From the NCBI RefSeq assembly GCF_006345805.1, contig NC_042998.1, positions 3,906,001 through 3,970,000 of the forward strand: DNA of 64,000 bases. Direction: 5' to 3'. Positions 1 to 12,110 of the stretch are shown one piece after another. The notes under the pieces are model-generated. The model saw nothing but the letters and a program-made list of their open reading frames with translations. It had not been told where the DNA came from and did not search any database. The position numbers and the translations under genes were made by a program. This DNA comes from Octopus sinensis. Lineage: Eukaryota. How positions within the stretch are numbered: the first letter of the stretch is position 1; each line of letters starts with the position of its first letter.

Positions 1-921
1 AAATAAAAAAAGAATGGTAAAAAGAGAAAATGGGGAATTATAATAATTTCAATTTTGCCAAATTAAAAACTAAATTTTTAGAAGACTTCGAAGAAGGCTA
101 CTAATTTCTCTCTTCTTAGAAACTCATATTATTTATTAATATATTTTGTTTTGTTTTTGCATTTCAGTTTCTTTGCAAACATATAAGTTATTTTGAGAGA
201 AAAAACAACAAAAAAAAAAAGAATGACTGGTAATTAATTCCTTGAAAATTTGAAGCACTAATATAATCCATTGATTAAAACTGGTTTAAAAAGTAACATC
301 AAATTATACTGGTTTTTTTTTTGTAATATATGAGAAAGAAACAATTTTTTGTGGTATTAGGTACGTCATTACATTAACTACATCTTGACAATGCTTAACA
401 AATGTATCAGTAATCTGCTGTACACATTTGAGAGATTGCCACAGGTTACTTAAAAAGTACTGGTTACCCCAGGAATTACAAAACTGAAATATAAGGATGA
501 TACGTTTCAAGATCTAACTACATTCTATATATATTTTAAAAATAATTATAACAAGATATATTTCCAAAGGAATGATTCTAAAGAATTCCTCAGTATAATT
601 TGTCACCATGTGGATGATGAGGATCATATTATCGGAATACCCTCTATTATAAAAAATAATTAATATATATGAATAAGGAAGTACTTTTTAAGTTTAAGTG
701 GTAAAATTATGTTAATTTATTAATATATTTTGTTTTTTGATTTTGCATTTCAGTTTTGCATTTCAGTTTCTGTGAAAGGTAAAAATAAGAAGAATGACTT
801 GTAATTAATTCCTTGAAAATTTAAAGCACTAATATAATCCATTGATATAAGAGAAATAATGTTCATAATCTTAATTGAGAATATAAAAACTCGATGATTA
901 CAAGAGATATGGTTATTGTTA

Positions 922-1277
922 TCTCTTACTTGTTTCAGTCGTTTGACTGTGGCCATGCTGGAGCACTGCCTTTAGTCGACCAAATCGACCCCAGGACTTA
1001 TTCTTTGTAAGCCTAGTACTTATTCTATCGGTCTCTATGGCCGAACTGCTAAGTTACAGGGGACGTAAACACACCAGCATCGGTTGTCAAGCGATGTTGG
1101 GGGGACAGACACAGACACACATACACATATATAAAATGGGCTTCTTTCAGTTTCCATCAACCAAATCCACTTGGAAGGCTTTGATCGGCTTGAGGCTATA
1201 GCAGAAGACAGTGGGACTGAACCCGGAACCATGTGGTTCGTAAGCAAGCTACTTACCACACATCCACTCCTACACCT
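922..1277 (-). mobile_element. tRNA-derived SINE, family A (head AGGCGCAGGAGTGGCTGTGTGG..., internal CA/TA tract, tail ...GACTGAAACAAGTAAGAGA)
   Basis: Matches many copies in the window (16077, 21148, 36012, 54093, 59030); A/B-box-like head on the minus strand. Confidence 0.9.
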
Positions 1278-2065
1278 ATCTAAAAATACTAGATTAGCAG
1301 ATTGGGTATGAGTGACAAAAATAAGAAAGCCTTATTAGTCTTAAGGCACATAGTCAAATATATCTTTATACCTCTATCCTTATAGTTTGAAAATTATATG
1401 TGGTATGGGATACAAACATCTAGATGTTTTCAAGTACATTCTTAATTCTGCAGCTAAATCTTTGATGACAGACAATTGTGTTCGTCAAGAACAATAGTAT
1501 GTAAATGGATTAATTAAGATATTTTCATTATATATTTAAATAATTGATTTAATGATTGAGTTATACACTCTGAGATAAAAGTTTGTTTTCTCATTTAGAA
1601 ATATTATTGACATTGATACAATATCAAATAGACTTGAGTTTCTAAAATTTTTTTTTCAAATTGTTGTTATTTTTAACAGATTGGGAATTGATATTATCAG
1701 TATATTGTCATATAAAATAACTCATATAATTAAAAAAAAAAAGCTAAGTTATTGACACCTATAATAAATAAAGGTGATTTGAACTTGAATGTTTTAATCA
1801 ACATGATTTGCAGGCTTGATAAAAATGAGATATAAGCTTTTCAAAAATTTGATAGACAAATATCATAGAGATTTGGCATCAAGATTGTTTAACCAAAGTA
1901 AATGTATACACAAAAAGAAATAAAAAAATCTACAGTGATCAACAAATATCCCACTTGATTATCAATATGAATGATAAAATCTTTTTAGTATCTTAAACTA
2001 TTTCAACATATAAAAAATTTTTGTGGTAGTAGCGTCATATTGTTTTAAAGTTCCATTTATCCATG

Positions 2066-2142
2066 GTGTCTTTTACTATAGCCTCAGGCCAACCAAAACC
2101 TTGTGAGTGGACTCAGTAGACAGAAACTGAAAGAAGCTTGTC

Positions 2143-2215
<73 letters not shown>

Positions 2216-2243
2216 TATATATTTATTTATTTGTGTGTGTGTC
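2066..2243 (+). mobile_element. Internal fragment of SINE family A with (AT)n tract
   Basis: GTGTCTT-TTACTATAGCCTCAGGCCAACC...GAAAGAAGC matches the family A middle; flanked by a ~187-bp direct repeat. Confidence 0.8.
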
Positions 2244-3435
2244 TTTGTTTAACCAAAGTAAATGTATACACAAAAAGAAAACAAAATCTACACTGATCAA
2301 CAAATATCCCACTTGATTATCAAAATGAATGATAAAATCTTTTAAGTATCTTAAACTATTTTAACATATAAAAAATTTTTGTGGTAGTAGCGTCATATTG
2401 TTTTAAATTTCCATTTATCCATGGTGTCTTGGTCAGGTGTACAATACGATATACATTTGAACAATGTATCATTGTGTCTTTGAAGTTTAGCAGTCTCATT
2501 TCAAACTATACCAATAGATGTCTTCCTTAGTCTCCATTTACTATAGACAGTATTCCATTAGTTGATTGTATTTCTTATTGTGCACATCACCTCATATCCT
2601 TAATGTGTAGTTATTTTCCCAAATCACTTTCGTTCTATCTTTTATGTCAGTCAAATGAATAGATCTAACATTTCATACTCAATCCATGTCTCTTTGAAGA
2701 TCTTCAGTGAACTTAATGTGCTAATATGCCTCATTGAGCAAACATAAAAAGAAAATCCCGTTGTTACTAATATTTTCTAAAATATTTTCTCTTCTTTTTT
2801 GTTGTGGCTACTATATTTTTAAAACACCACCAGCTGCGTTAGTTTTGCATGTTACCAAAAAATTAACTAACATGAAGAGTTTATCGAATTCATGTAAAGG
2901 GTATCTCTGCCGATTACTTCTGCTACACAGCTGGTTAATGAGGCTCTGCTTACCTGACATTTTATCAAAAACTTTTTTGTCTCATTTAAGAACTATTTTT
3001 TTTAGTACTGAACATATGTTATTGAATTCAAATGAAATGAATTGCCTAATATTGTGAAAGGCCACCACTTTGCATTGGACTGGATTGCCATGTCAGTCTT
3101 TTAGTTTTAGAGAATATAGGTACTCTTTCAACAGAATTTCTTGGATAAATTCTGCAAGGGCCAAAATAGAGCTTCTACACAATCAGAACCTACTCAAAGT
3201 AGCAGCAAAATTCTCTCTCAAATCAGTTCCTGTCAAGCTGTCCAACCAATGCCAGCATGGAAAGCAGATATTAAATGTTGATGATGATGATGATGTAGAA
3301 AGGAGGAGAGAATTGAAAAAAGTAGGAGAGAAAGATTAAAGAAAAACTAAAGAAGTAAGAGATACACATTTCCTAAGCCATGTTTGGTTGGTGCTTTTTG
3401 TGTGCCACTGGCATGGGAGCCAGTTGAGGGGCACT

Positions 3436-3600
3436 AGACAGGCTTCTTTCAGTTTCCTTCTATGAAATCCACTCACAAAGCTTTGGCTGGCCTGAAGCTA
3501 TAGTAGAAGACACTAGCCCAAGGTGCTACACAGTGGGATTGAACCCGGAACCATGTTGTTGGTAAGTAAGCTACTTTACCACACAGCCACTCCTGCACCT
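3436..3600 (-). mobile_element. SINE family A, 5' half
   Basis: GGCTTCTTTCAGTTTCC...CACACAGCCACTCCTGCACCT followed by (AT)n(GT)n. Confidence 0.85.
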
Positions 3601-3661
3601 ACATATATCATTTATCCATCTGTCTCTCTCTTTCCATATATATGATGATATGTGCAGATAT

Positions 3662-3762
<101 letters not shown>

Positions 3763-4551
3763 ATATGTATGATATTTGTGTATAGATAGGCAATACATAT
3801 TTTATTATATGATAAGAATTATTTTACATTATATATATATATATACATATACACACACACACACACACAGATATCTATAACTGTATTGGTTTTCAAAACA
3901 AATTGCTTGTAACTTGGTAGGATATACAATGAAATTAAGAAATAGAAAAACCACGAAACCTATATATTCATACGTTGAGGTAGATGGACTATAAAAGAAA
4001 TAACAATATTACCAACAAAAAAAAAATCTAATCTGTGTTCTAGACATTTCTGATATAAAAGAAGGAAACCACAGAAAAAAATACTGCAAAGTGATTTTCA
4101 TTTAAATAGAAGTAGTTTTATTTATTTTGCAAAGATAGGCAATATAAAAATGAACCGATAGAAAGGGTTGGCTCTATGAATTCTATATAACTCACCTATT
4201 ATTTGATCTCATTTAGTTATTAATGGTTTTTTCTTTTTTGGCTGTGCTGGGTATATAGTTTTCTTTCTGAGGATTGGTGTATCTTTATTGCATTTATACA
4301 ATACTTACATCTGTTATTATAGCTCCTGTTATAACTTTGTTAATAATATAAGAGACAGCCAGCCTGGGTAGTCTCGTAGTGGTGGTTATGTGATTGGCTA
4401 GAAATAGCAAACGGTTGTCAAATGAATATTGTAACTGACAAAGCACACGCTCAATGTCAAGTTAGTGTGGTGGCATTAATGGATTAGTGGTATGGCCAAA
4501 ATTCTTCAAGCCTGAAGAAGGATATCCAGACGTAGACTGCCATATCCCATA

Positions 4552-4775
4552 TTTTACTTGTTTCAGTCATTTGAGTGTGGCCATGCTGGAGCACCACCTT
4601 AAAGGGTTTTAGTCGGAAAAAATCGATCCCAGGACTTATTCATTGCACGCCTAGTACATATTCTATCGGTCTCTTTTGACGAACCGCTAAGTTACGGGGA
4701 CGTAAACACACCAACATCAGTCATCAAGCAATGGTGGAGGAACAGCCACAGACACAAAGACACACACACAAATAA
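4552..4775 (-). mobile_element. SINE family A, 3' half
   Basis: TTACTTGTTTCAGTCATTTGAGTGTGGCCATGCTGGAGCACC... matches the family A tail. Confidence 0.85.
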
Positions 4776-4809
4776 ATAAATATATATATGTAATAAATAA
4801 AAATATATG

Positions 4810-5545
4810 CATACATACAAACATATATGTACGTACCTACATCTAGATGTATAGATACATGCACATATAAATATACGTAAGTACAGGACACCACAACAAG
4901 ACGTAGAAACGGGAAAAACAAAAAATTTTTACATCAAGAAAACAAGTACAGGACATGCTACACAAGGAAAAATCCACCGTCATCAGCTGTCGCTAGTTAA
5001 CTCAGGCGTGTTTCGAAGGCAAGACAGGACACATCGTCAACTAGGCCTTCCTGCGAAAGAATTAAAATAAAATTCCAAGCAGCGGGGTAAAACGTGTAAG
5101 AACGCAAACAGGAGGTAATAATAAAACTGCACAATAAAATACAAGATAAAAATACATGTACAAAAAAATACAAGACGAGAAATAAAAAGAGAATACAATA
5201 CGGGAAATCAAACAAACAAGAGAACAAATGAGAAAAAAACAAACAAACGAAAAGGCCTTTTTTTGGCTAGACGGAAGATGTTGTGTGGCAGCGTGTGGAA
5301 AGCATGACTTTTCAGTAGCAGAGGCAGCGTGCAAAAGAAATAAATTTTTAGGCTGGCAGTGAGAAAGAAGGAAGGAGGAGGGGGGACACGCGGCTAAGAT
5401 AGAGAAAAGAGGAAGAGGGAGAGAGAGTGGAGAGGGTAAAGCAAAGGGAGAGAATTTCGCGTCTTAAATATTTATATAAAAATTAAATGGAGACAAGAAG
5501 TGGAACGAACCGATAAATCGAAACGAACCTGACGCGAATATATAT
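4810..5545 (-). mobile_element. Probable Penelope-like (PLE) terminal-repeat relic between TA tracts, with degenerate hammerhead motifs
   Basis: Minus strand reads acag-CTGATGA-...-GTAG-CATGTC-ctgt and ctagtt-GACGA-...-GAAA-C...GTT-aactag; TA-rich on both sides. Confidence 0.4.
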
Positions 5546-5559
5546 ATACATACATACAT

Positions 5560-5722
5560 GACAGGCTTCTTTCAGTTTTTGTCTACAGAGTCCACTCACA
5601 AGGTTTTGGTTGGCCTGAGGCTATAGTAAAAGACACTCACCCAAGGTACCATGCAGTGGGACTGAACCTAGAACTATGTGGTTGGGAAGCAAGCTTCTTA
5701 CCACACAGCCATGCCTGCACCT
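5560..5722 (-). mobile_element. SINE family A, 5' half
   Basis: Same head sequence as other family A copies. Confidence 0.85.
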
Positions 5723-5814
5723 TTATATATTTATTTTTAATAAATTCCAGAATTAGTCACTTACATAATGATTAATCTTATATTAATGGTTGTAATTTTA
5801 ATTTGTCTAGATTT

Positions 5815-6360
5815 GGGATGAAGTGGTCAAGCATGACCTTCGAACGTTGGCCTCATTCGATGACGAAAGACTGAGACCTTCGGAAATATGCTGTGACTGC
5901 GAAGACCCGACAAATGAAGTGAGTTCATGGCTCGCTGTGCTAACATTGGATTGTAGGGCGACCTGCTGTGCTTGAGGAGACCTATTGAGTCAAGTACATC
6001 AACATCAAAATAAAAATGAAAAGGAAATTATAGTTGTGATACCCGTACCGGTGGCACATAAAAAGCATCATCCGAACGTGGCCGATGCCAGCGCCGCTTT
6101 GACTGGCACCTGTACCGGTGGCACGTAAAAACCACCAACCAATCGTGACCATTGCCAGCCTCCTCTGGCCCCTGTGCTGGTGACACGTAAAAAGCACCTA
6201 CTACACTCACGGAATGGTTGGCGTTAGGAAGGGCATCCCGCTGTAGAAACACTGCCAGATCAGACTGGAGCCTGGTGCAGCCTCCTGGCTTCCCAGACCT
6301 CGGTCGAACCGTCCAACCCATGCTAGCAAAGAAAACGGACGTTAAACGATGATGATGATT
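5815..6360 (+). mobile_element. RTE-clade LINE 3' end (ORF C-terminus remnant, 3' UTR, (GAT)n tail)
   Basis: EVVKHDLRTL-like C-terminal motif; 3' UTR TTGGCGTTAGGAAGGGCATCC shared with 9915-10148; ends GATGATGATGAT. Confidence 0.8.
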
Positions 6361-6428
6361 TCTTGTTTTATTATATCAATAGAGCTTGCACTGACTTTAC
6401 TATTATGCTTCATGCAACAAACATGGTG

Positions 6429-6998
6429 AAAATTTTATCCAAAAATTTTTCGAAAATTTTCCCCAAAAATCTTTTGAAAATTTTTGCCGAAAATTTTCGA
6501 AAAATTTTTCGAAAATTTTCACCGAAAATCGTCCCCAAAAATTTATCGAAAATTTTCCTCAAAAATTTTTCGGAAATTTTCCCTGAAAATTTTACCCAAA
6601 AATTTTTCGAAAATTTTCCCCAAACATTTTTCCAAAAAATGTTGGGGGAAAATTTTCGAAAAATTTTTGGGTAAAAGTTTCACCAAAAATTTTTCGAAAA
6701 TTTTCCCCAAAAATCTTTCGAAAATTTTCCTCAAAAATCTTTCGAAAATTTTCCTCAAAAATCTTTCGAAAATTTTCCTCAAAAATTTTTCCCAAAAATC
6801 TTTCGAAAATTTTCCCCAAAAATCTTTCGAAAATTTTCCCCAAAAATCTTTCGAAAATTTTCACCGAATATTTTACCCAAAAATTTTTGGGTAAAATTTT
6901 CGAAAAATTTTTGGGTAAAATTTTCGAAAAATTTTTGGGTAAAATTTTCGAAAAATTTTTGGGTAAAATTTTCGAAAAATTTTTGTGGAAAATTTTCG
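6429..6998. repeat. Palindromic A/T-tract minisatellite (units about 24-28 bp built on AAAATTTTCGAAAATTTT)
   Basis: Tandem units read directly; the ORFs on both strands here are artefacts. Confidence 0.95.
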
Positions 6999-8480
6999 GC
7001 TACACCAGTCTTTAGGGATTTCACCTTCCTGAATAACCTGATTAACTAGAGTGATTAGACCGTTTCCTACTTTACCAGATATATTAAGGATCTCTGCAGT
7101 TACTCTTGATTGACCAGAGTCTTTCCCTGTCTTCATATCTTTAATTGCTTTATCTATCATACTGCTGTTGACTAGGGCAGCTAATCCCCCAATTAGATTA
7201 ACATGTGGGCGACTCCCTTTCTTCCATTCATTCTCTACATTTAACAGCATCTCATAGTAACTCTTCCACGCTTCTTTCAAAATCACTTAGTGCAAGCATA
7301 CCTTTATCCATCCGTACACACTTCTCTCTCTCATCTCGATTCTCTCTAAGACACTGTCTAGCAATCCGTAATGCCTCAAGTCTCTGATATTCACACTACA
7401 GAACATTGGTACACCTCACCTTTTCTGTTTCTGCCCTAGCTAGATAAAACTGACGCCTAGCTTTGCTTTTACCTATCTGCTGTTTCTTTGCTACCCCCAC
7501 ATTTCCACTCTTTCCACACTGGTCTCTTCTCTTTTATGGTCCTGTCAACCTCACTGTTCCAACACCATGTCACCCTTGGTTTGGCAGACGTTTTACTAAA
7601 TATACAGATTTGGTCTGCCGCCCTCGGTAGATTGTCTCATAAGAACTTTCTGTTGTCCTTTATGTCGTATGCCTCTATCACTTCCTTCTTCTCATCGAAA
7701 GCTTCATTAAGAACATCTCTAAATCTCTGCCCACATGAAGGAATTTTGAGTTTTCAAAACCTCTTTTTCAATATCAGTTTGTGTCTCTGGATCCTTCTAC
7801 CTCGAAATCTGAAATGGTTAGCCTATGTTAGCCTATGCTGAGTTGCACATTCTTCATCTAGGAAGGATTTTGCATTTACAAGCATATGTTGGTTCTGGTG
7901 AGGATGTAGTCAATTTGGTCAATAAACCCACCAAATTGATAAGTGATCAGATGACTGGCAGGTTTCCTGAAGTTGGTGTTGCAGACCAGTAAGTCAGGTG
8001 CATCACAAAACTCTAGCAGTCTTGTTGTCCCCTCATTTCTAGAGCCAAATCTGTAGCCTCTATGCATACCCTGAAATTTATCAGTGTTTTCCAAGATGGC
8101 CACTGTAGTCACCTGTCACATTGTCTTTCGTCAGCAAGGTGGTCTTCAGAAGGGACGCATAGACACGGTCCTTCTGAATATCTGTGAATCTAACATGCAA
8201 AGCACATTCAGAGATGAATGAGATGGTTACATTAAAGAGGACTACTCTTAGCTTAATAATCTTATCACATACCCTGACTACCTCAATCACATTATCCGCT
8301 CATTTCTCTGCAAGAAGAATGCCTACACCACCTTGACTATCAACGCTGCCCACCCAGAAAATCTCACATCTACAACTCTTGCCCACAAGCAGTCTGGCTG
8401 AGACGTGCCTCCATCGTACTTCTTGCACACAACACATTTCTACACACTTCTGCTCAAGCATTTCAACAAACAAAGTGGAA
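6999..8480 (-). mobile_element. RTE LINE, degenerate 5' part (APE endonuclease to start of RT), inverted
   Basis: CCVQEVRWR, GGVGILLAEK, IEVVRVCDKIIKLR, NTNFRKPASHLITY, IDYIL, KAIKDMKTGK, QVIQEGEIPKDW; frameshifts and stops. Confidence 0.9.
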
Positions 8481-8697
8481 TTGTTCATGGAATGCAAGTA
8501 AATCAACACTAATAGTGAGGTGGGTGTTATCATAATTGATAGGATAAAACAAATGTTAAGGCACATGGCTTAGTGGTTAGGGTATGCAGCTCACAATTGT
8601 AAAGTTATGAATTCTATACCCAGTGACGTGTAGTGTCACCTGCTATAAGGGTAAAGGAGATGCCTTAGATAGAAATAATTATAAAGGCATCAAATTG

Positions 8698-10148
8698 CTG
8701 GGTCGATTGATGAAAATCTAGAGGTAGGTGAGTGGCTTATGAAAGCAGTACAGATCATGTACAGAGCCTCTGTCAGTAAGGTAAGAGTTAACCATGAGTA
8801 CAGGGATGAATTTGGTGTAGAGGTGGTAGGCGTCCACCAGTGTTCAGTTCTTAGTCCTCTCCTTTTCATCATTGTCCTCTCGGTTATAATAGAGGCACAT
8901 GAAATTGGTTGCCCCTGGGAACTGCTATCTGTTGATCTTACTCTTATAGCAGATTCTATGACAATGCTAGAAAAGAAATTCCAGGTGTGAAAGCAAAAGC
9001 TGGAATTGAAGGGCTTTAAGGTTAACTTAGCAAAGACTAAGGTTTTAATAAGCAAGAAAGCACACAGGACATTACCACCATCAGGTAAATGTCCATGCTC
9101 GATATGTAGGAAATGTGTAGGAAGGAACTGGTTACGGTGTAAGCTATGGAAACACAAGAGTTGTGCTGGAAAAATAGGCAAGCTATCAGAGAAAGTAGTG
9201 TTTGTCTGGGGAAGATGCACAAGAGCCATAAAAGCTACAGATACTCAAGAAATTGATTCTCCCAAATGCTCAAGATGCTCTTTAGAGGTAGTGGATAATT
9301 TCTGCTACTTAGAAGACCTAACTAGCACTAGAGGAGGGTGTATGAAAGGTGTAATTGTAAGAACAGGATGGAGAAAATTCAGAGAGATTCGACCTCTGTT
9401 GGTAACCGAAGGTTTCTCTCTCCGAGTGAAAGAAAGATTGTTTGATGCATGTATATTAACAGCAATGCTACATGGGAGTGAGACATGCACACTGACTGCA
9501 AAGAACATGTGAAAGCTAAAGAGGTATGAAACTAGTATGCCCCAATGGGTGTGCAATGTAGGTGTACATGTACGACAGACTGCTAGTGTATTGAGAGAAA
9601 AATTAGGTATAAGAGGAATTGTATGCAGTGTGCAAGAGAGAAGACTGCATTGGATTGGTCATGTGATGAGAATGGATGTAGACACATGCATAAAGAAGTG
9701 CCAATCACTTAAAGTAGATGGAATTGTGGAAGAGGGAGACCCAGGAAGACATGGGATGAAATATTGAAGACAGATTTCAGGACTGAGTGTTATGAGAGGA
9801 TAAAGGATCAAGATATTTGGTGCTTTGCTGTACTCAAGAAGACCTGCCCAACGCAATTGAATTATTAATGCTCTATTCCCAGCTTAAGTATTTTCTTTGA
9901 AGAGCCCTCATGCCAGTCCACATAAAAGCACCCGTATCAATTTATGCAAATAGAACTCATGCTGATGCCACGGAAATAGCACCCAACACACGCTGTAAAG
10001 TGGTCGGCGTTAGGAAGGGCATTCAGCCGCAGTGGACACAAAGCCAAATCAAACTGGAACCTGGTACATCTCTCCAGCTTGCCAGCTCTGGTCAAACTGT
10101 CTAACAATTAACTGCATGGAAATGATGATTATTATAATGATGATGATG
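8698..10148 (+). mobile_element. RTE LINE, degenerate 3' part (RT core, C-terminus, 3' UTR, ATG-repeat tail)
   Basis: AVQIMY, VGVHQCSVLSPLLFIIVL, FKVNLAKTKVL, LHGSETC, RRLHWIGHVMRM; tail ATGATGATGATG near 10135-10148. Confidence 0.9.
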
Positions 10149-11222
10149 GTTACAGATAGGAAAAACAGAATGTACTGCAGTGTATATAAGAATGGCCCGA
10201 ATGTTTCTACTTAAATTTATGGCCAAATTTTACTCCCATGACAAAATATTATTTGTACTCTAGTTTTGGTATTACAATATTTACATTTAGAGAATAAGAC
10301 AGTGGAATTGATACTCATTAATAGTTAAGCTGTTCAATTATGTTACTATTTTCAATAAGTTTCTTGGCTTTAACATAATGTAATACATTCATTGGTTCAC
10401 AGTTCAGTTTCTCATATAGTATTTCAAATGTCATTCTTTCAGAGAAAAGGAAATGTATCACGAGCAAAGCAGAATAGATTTCAAAATAATTTATATCATT
10501 TATGTACATTATGATATGAAACAGTCCAAGTATCGAGTTAAGGGAAATCCATCAAAGATACTTGTTATTGAAGAGATCTGAAGTTAATCAGTTTTAGAAA
10601 TTGCACCCTTCTTACAAGATGTCTTTTAAAACTAATTTACATTCTGAATATCGTCATTTTGACATTTGTATTTTGTATATGGCCACAAAAACATTTTTTC
10701 ATATCAAATGATACTGGAAGAATAATTTCGAATTTAGAACAAGTATCTTTGGAATAAGCCATTTTAACCAGACACTAGAGAATAATATGAATACTTGAGT
10801 GCACTTTCCCGACACCATTACTACTCACAGCAGAATAACATTCTGAATGCTGATTGTAAAATATAATTTTATAGGCCATAATTTGCTTCTAGAATGCTGA
10901 AAATACAGTTAGAATGTTTACATAACTTTCTATTTAAGGCAAAATCATGTCTTGAAATATGGTGATTTGGAAAACCATTAGAACGAGGATTTTTCTAGTT
11001 GGTGTTGTTAATGGCTGACCTCAGGTCAATCTTGATCTAGCTGAACTATAGTCATGCATCGTCAAGCTATGACCAAGTCATTTATATTCATCAGACATTG
11101 TATTTATACTGAACTATGTAATATGGTGTGTTCTACATTTTTCTTTTCTTCTTTCTTGAGATGGTAAGGTGCAATTTGAGCTCATAGAAGTTCTACATTG
11201 GTTTGGTAGGATAAGCTAGACA

Positions 11223-11447
11223 TATTTCTTTACTACCCACAAGGGGCTAAACATAGAGATGACAAACAAGGACAGACAAACGGATTAAGTCGATTACATC
11301 GACCCCAGTGCATAACTGGTACTTACTTAATCGACCCCGAAAGATGAAATGCAAAGTCGACCTCAGCGGAATTTGAACTCAGAACGTAACAGCAGACAAA
11401 ATACCACTAAGCATTTCGCCCGGCGTGCTGACGTTTCTGCCAGCTCG
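11223..11447 (-). mobile_element. tRNA-derived SINE, family B (head GGCGGCGAGCTGGCAGAAACG..., core GCCTTTCATCCTTTCGGGGTCGAT, resembling the MetaSINE domain)
   Basis: Many near-identical copies in the window; the MetaSINE assignment is from recollection of the core motif. Confidence 0.85.
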
Positions 11448-11642
11448 TATACAGCTTTAGGAAGTTGGTGGAACCATGGGAGCTGATGACATTTACCAAC
11501 TTCCAGATACTCTGCTAAGAGTATGGAAAGGTTTGCATTTTTATTGCACATTTTCTTGAATATTTCTATATTCAACAGTTAAAAAAATAGAAATAGCATC
11601 ATTTGCATACAGCAACCACTCAACTGTAAAGACTGTATCTGG

Positions 11643-11677
<35 letters not shown>

Positions 11678-11683
<6 letters not shown>

Positions 11684-11917
11684 AGAGGAATGACCACTAA
11701 AGCGGACACCCTATATTCTAAATATAGACATCTAATGGTCATTACCACGAAGAATGTGTTCTCAAGAAAATCTCAGCAAAAAATTCAAATGTTTATATTT
11801 TTACATTTTGGTTTTTGCTGAGATTTTTCTTGAGAACACATTCTTCATGGTAATGGCCATTTGACGTCTATGTTTAGCATTCAGAGTGTCCACTTTAGTG
11901 GTCATTCTTCTAAATTT
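11678..11917. repeat. Fold-back element: about 105-bp imperfect inverted arms next to (TA)n
   Basis: AATTTAGAGGAATGACCACTAAAG...CTCAGCAAAAA vs TTTTTGCTGAG...CTTTAGTGGTCATTCTTCTAAATT. Confidence 0.9.
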
Positions 11918-11987
11918 AATCTTCGGATTTTTAAATATGCTAAGCCACTGGTTTTAAATTGATTAATATCAATTTCTACCCTTATTA

Positions 11988-12060
<73 letters not shown>

Positions 12061-12110
12061 CACACATATATGATAGATAGATAAATAAATAGATAAATAA
12101 ATAAATAGAA

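Noticed and set aside
4490-4550. Hammerhead-like CTGAAGAAGGATATCC...CGTAGACTGCC
   Set aside because: GAAA is corrupted and stem I is interrupted; at most a very old relic.
6363-7024. Overlapping K/F/E/N-rich ORFs; possible CRISPR-like array
   Set aside because: Minisatellite with no unique spacers, in eukaryotic context with no cas genes.
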